From Folioceros fuciformis (Eukaryota), in contig JBNGIO010005407.1 of NCBI GenBank assembly GCA_049999805.1, positions 1-59,589 of the forward strand: a DNA stretch of 59,589 nucleotides, in the 5' to 3' direction. Both the position numbers and the translations under genes were made by a program. This document shows, one piece after another, positions 55,544 through 59,589 of this stretch; within the stretch, counting starts at the first letter, position 1; each line of letters opens with the position of its first letter. A model generated the notes under the pieces. The model was not told the DNA's origin. It made no database searches and saw nothing but the letters and a program-made list of their open reading frames with translations.

Positions 55544-57272
55544 GGGGTGTGCATGTTGGGCACCCTTCGCTTCCTAGGTCTTTGTTCATTTCTTTGTTTA
55601 AAGAAATGAACAATTCAATTGCTTAAATTCAAATCTTGTGGTTGTGTTAAATTTATCTCAAGGTTCTCTCATTACAAGACTTTAGTTGCAATAAAATGCA
55701 GTTAACTAATCTTATTGTATCATAATTGCAAAACTCAAGTTAAAATGAAATGCAGACTAATTTGGATGGACTCCGCTCCCTTATGGCATGCTTTCCTGTA
55801 TCCATCATCTCCAAATGCACGAGCAAGCATCAAGTACATACTTCAAAATAATGAAACACACATGGATTGTAAGTGGCATCAGAAAACCTTTTGCTTTGTT
55901 TTCATTTGTTGGCATGAAGTCAGGAAGCATGACTAAGGAAACCTTTCCTTTTCAATGAGTGTTGTTTTTTCGTATTTATTTTTGAAATTTTATTTAAAGC
56001 CCAGAAGATCCTTCTCACAAAGACCCTGGTTTATTACACAAGACATTGTTATGGATGAATTCTTGTGCAGGAGTAGTATCTACAACACAATGTAGATACG
56101 ACATGGCTATGATGGAATCAAACTATTGTCTCATTTGCAATCTATTGCAAGATTATAAAATTATTTTAATCATGATATCAATTCTACCTTACATATAAAT
56201 ATTTCTTCTTCAATGTAATATAATTTGATGATACAAATATACGGTGATATTTATATAAAAATAAATAAATAAAGTTTGGATTCCAAAATATGAGTATCTA
56301 CTACCTTTTGTAGTATAAGAGGTTCTCGGAGATATACTCTCAAGCAAACTATTTGTGAGTTTCTAGTCTAGAAAAAAAAATATTTTATTAAATTTTTTCC
56401 TATGAGAGAATCATCCTCCTTCCCAGGAGTTAGTGTATAGAGTGGACAACCAAGTGAACAAAGGCCAAGGTAACAAAGGCCAAGGTACTTACTTATTCTT
56501 CCCTTCTTCTACTATTGACAAGGGTTTTCTCCCACCTCCCATGGAATGTCAAGATTTAATTATATATATAATATGTAATATATATTTTGAGTGAGGGATG
56601 TTGAGAATGCGGCCACCCTAGTTTGTGCGAGAGGTTGGAGGAACGCCATAAGTTGTGTGAAGTCCCAAAAATGCAGCGAGGTTGCCCGTATATTCTCGTG
56701 TGTTAGAATCCGCTTTGGCAGTGCAAATCCCACAGCTGATGTGAGCGGTTGGTATTGGAATCGTGGCAGACCCACATTCCGCGCCCGATGTTGGTTGCTT
56801 CCACTGCAGTTGCTGTGGTGACGCATATCTCTACGTCGCCTGCGATGTCCCTGGTTCCGTGCCTGATGGACGGGGAGGACAAGGCAGAGGCCCACCATTC
56901 GTCCTCCTTCCCCCAGTTTTAGCTCATTTCAGTCCCAAGTCTCGTCTTCTCACGGGAGAAGGAAGCGTACTCCTTACCTCGAGCTCGCTGCCGCTCGTTT
57001 TCTTTCTTGTTTCCTGCTCTGCTCTCTTCTTGAGTTGAATCAATTCCTCTGGACCATTGTGGCAAACTCCCACCTCCCCGACATGGTACCGACGCTCTCA
57101 AATCTCATGGCTGCCGGCATTACTTCCACCAACAGCAGCCTCCTGCCTCCTTCTGGATGCAAGTGTCGCTGCGTGTCTATCCTGTGCACCGTTGCGGCCG
57201 TGGCGGCAGCCGGGCAGCACAGCAGGGTCTTGCGCAGGCCTGCAACGGTGCCTGTGGGGAGGATTGTGGGAA

Positions 57273-57297
57273 GCTGCTGCTGCTGCTGCTGCTGCTG
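57273..57297. repeat. (CTG)n microsatellite upstream of the WAK-like kinase
   Basis: About 8 perfect GCT/CTG units. Confidence 0.85.
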
Positions 57298-57341
57298 TAC
57301 CCAGTAGAGCCTGGCCTGTTTTGTGGCTCGTGGCTTCCGCC

Positions 57342-59535
57342 ATGAAGAAGCTGCTCCTGGCCGTGCTGCTGTCTGCGGTATTACTGATCCAGGTGCGGTC
57401 CCGTATCGAGTGCCCTGCCTGCGGGGACATGGACGTCCCATACCCGCTCAGCACCGATGCAGGCTGCGGGGTGCCGGCATACAGCCTGACTTGCGATGCG
57501 GAGCGCGGCGTCCTCGTCTTACCTGCCCTGTCTGGCAACCACGACGTCCTGAGCATCGACTCGAGGTCGCGTCAGCTCCAGCAGAAGCCCGGGAGCCTTG
57601 TCGCGAATACCTGCGTCTCCACCGAGTTCAGTAGCTTGGGTTTCCGCATCCATGACTCCTCCCCGTTCTTCCTGGGAACCGGCAACAGCATCCTCATGTT
57701 CAATTGCTCCCAGTTTCTCCTGTACTCTCCACTCAACTGCAGTCGTGCAGGGATTGGCAGTGAAGCCAGCCCTTGCCGCAAGTTCCTCGTCGAGCTGGTA
57801 ATAAGCTCCGCGCTCCGCCATTACATGTCTTTTTTTTTTTTTCTTCGTTTGTGTTTGTTTCGTTCGCTCCACCACGCTGTCCCCTTTTCCCGTCCCATGT
57901 TTTTCATTTCATCTTGTGCTCATCTCATGCTCATCTCATGCTCTCTCGTTCTCTCCCAGCAGGGGCCTGGAGCACCCGCGGAAGCAGCACTCAAGGCTGC
58001 TTGTTCTGCCCCAGCAGACAACATCTGCTGCAAGTACGAGACCAGGGGCCAGCGAAGTATCACTCTCAACTCTACGCAATGCTCTGCCTACACCAGCGTG
58101 GTGAATCTGGACGACAACGCCAAGCCCAACTCTTGGTCATATGGCATGCAAATCCAATGGGACCCTGATAATTGCACCCAAGATTGCGGCCCCGTTGCAG
58201 GTGGCACACACGAAACGGCCATCATCGCAGGTGCGGTAGAGAGGCAGTGAGTTTCCTGAGTTCCATCTCGCCGAGCGATATGGGGTAATTGGTGATTCTG
58301 AACGTGACCATCCCGCAGGCCTGAGCGCGGGGTTCGCCACGGTCATGGCGGCAGCGATGATCTTCGCGGTGCTGTACAGGAAGAAGCAGGCGCTGAGGCG
58401 AGCGGAATCCCTGCGGATCCAGGAGCTTTCGGACCTGCTGGCCATCGGCAGCAGCGGGCGATCGGCCAGGGTGTTCTCCGCGCGGGAGATGAAGCGCGCG
58501 ACCAGCGACTTCGCGGCCGACCAGCTGCTGGGCAGTGGAGGATTCGGAGATGTGTACCGCGGGATGCTGGATGACGGGACGGCGGTGGCAGTGAAGACGG
58601 CCAAGATCGGCAACACTAAGAGCACGGAGCAGGTGATCAACGAGGTGCGCATCCTGTCGCAGGTGAATCACCGCAACCTGGTGCGTCTCCTGGGCTGCTG
58701 CGTGGAGATGACCCAGCCGCTGCTGGTGTACGAGTAGCTGACTGGAGGAACTCTGCTGGAGCACCTGACCGGCGACCGAGGCAGCGTCCTGGACTGGCTC
58801 ACCCGCCTGCAGATCGCCCTGCAGACCGCCGAGGCCCTGGCGTACCTTCATTCCGCGGCCTACCCGCCCATCTACCACCGCGACGTCAAGTCCTCCAACA
58901 TCCTCCTCGACAACGACCTCAACGTCAAGGTGTCCGATTTCGGCCTCTCCCGTCTCGCCTCCCTCGACCTCACCCACGTTTCCACTTGCGCACAAGGGAC
59001 CTTGGGCTACCTCGACCCCGAGTACTACAGAAACTACCAGCTCACCGACAAGAGCGACGTCTACAGGTGTGCTCCCGCATCTTTGTAGCCCGCACAGCAT
59101 ATCCTTGCCAACTTTCCGTAATCCTTCACTCACTGGCTTGTGCTTCGGTGCCCATTCTCCTGTTTGCGCAGTTTTGGAGTTGTGTTGTTGGAGTTGGTGA
59201 CCTCACAGCGAGCAATAGATTTCGCCAGGGATGAAGATGATGTGAATTTGGCTATATTTGCATTCGGGCGTCAAGAAATGGGTCAGCTCTTAGATGTGGC
59301 TGATCCTTACCTCAAGGATACAACATGGCCTACCACGCTGGACACTATCTTGGCCACAGCACTGCTTGCATTGGGCTGCTTGCAGGAGACTAGAGTCGAC
59401 AGACCTCCTATGAAGGAGGTTGTGGAAGAGTTGCAAGTGATCATAGGAATCGAGGAGTCTGGTGAAAAGGTGATGGTTCAAGACATGCACAAGCCCACTT
59501 CATGGGCAGTATCAAATCTGTCCGATTGTGATTAA
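57342..59535 (+). pseudogene. Wall-associated kinase-like receptor kinase with in-frame TAG in the kinase domain (pseudogene/null allele or base error), multi-exon
   Basis: Signal peptide [82 protein letters not shown] (TAG at 58735-58737), [25 protein letters not shown]. Confidence 0.8.
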
Positions 59536-59589
59536 TATCTCGCCTCTTCCTTCCTTTTAATATCTAATGTATATATATATATATATATA

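Overview
Gene-dense eukaryotic nuclear DNA from a land plant. It is probably a hornwort (inference from short ~70-110 nt GT-AG introns, tight gene spacing and a PPR protein with a 'PGQSWW' PG-box). Gene islands alternate with AT-rich, repeat-rich transposon debris. Recognisable genes in order: OTU-like protease ORF with an internal 9-aa repeat (-), intronless GH2/LacZ-type beta-galactosidase (-), intronless CTC1 (-), RPT3 (+), PLS-class E+ PPR (-), VTE3 (-), mitochondrial ribosomal protein bL34 (-, not resolved by the ORF track), complex I 24-kDa subunit (+), WAK/LRK10-like kinase (+), cyclin A (-), RPT4 (+), FKBP16-4 (-), VPS24 (-), an uncharacterised beta-rich protein (+), starch branching enzyme II (+), and a WAK-like kinase with a premature stop (+). 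The most notable element is a decayed Ty3/Gypsy pol region (52.1-55.5 kb) carrying a DNMT3-like cytosine methyltransferase between the putative protease and the reverse transcriptase. Also notable are a 5'-truncated RNase H-bearing LINE resembling the Tad1/I group with a perfect 15-bp target-site duplication, and a 44-bp tandem array that looks built from an LTR-end/tRNA-iMet primer-binding-site junction. All homology calls come from motif recognition by eye; no searches were run.
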